A DNA stretch of 64,000 nucleotides from Eledone cirrhosa (taxonomy: Eukaryota), in the NCBI GenBank assembly GCA_964016885.1, contig OZ024746.1:12958001-13022000 (forward strand), given 5' to 3'. Positions 63,841-64,000 of the stretch are shown here, one piece after another; position 1 is the first letter of the stretch, and each line of letters opens with the position of its first letter. The notes below the pieces were generated by a model. The model saw nothing but the letters and a program-made list of their open reading frames with translations. It did not search any database and was not told where the DNA came from. Both the position numbers and the translations under genes were made by a program.

Positions 63841-64000
63841 ATACATATATATATATGTACATATAATCATTAATTATATATCTTGTTACTGTTACATTGA
63901 TTCATTGACCAATAAAGAATATGAATAAAGCCACTGTTTTATTTAGCGTGGGTCAAATTTATAATTTTCTACAAATTGATCTAAATAACAGAATTTAGCT

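Overview
This is AT-rich eukaryotic genomic DNA. Its SINE, RTE and MITE repertoire and microsatellite load suggest an octopod cephalopod (inference). The window holds one complete protein-coding gene: ALIX/PDCD6IP (Bro1 domain, V domain, proline-rich tail) on the + strand. It has 18 coding exons from 5946 to 49221, all with GT-AG introns in compatible phases, giving 2712 nt (903 aa plus stop). The rest is intronic or intergenic repeat. This includes an internally deleted piggyBac element with about 8 MITEs sharing its termini, a hAT transposase relic, RTE and CR1-type LINE fragments, tRNA-derived SINEs, and seven minisatellites. Most long ORFs in the track are artefacts of these repeats. The most unusual observation is a ~2.45 kb, ~80-copy 30-bp minisatellite in ALIX intron 7. 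Its unit (TGAGGTAGTAGTATTGTGTGGT) matches let-7 nt 1-11 and 13-16, so the antisense strand is an array of let-7 8mer sites with a sponge-like layout. Other observations: three minisatellites arose inside transposons, an inverted MITE pair tightly brackets exons 10-14, and the proline-rich tail sits on skippable symmetric exons.
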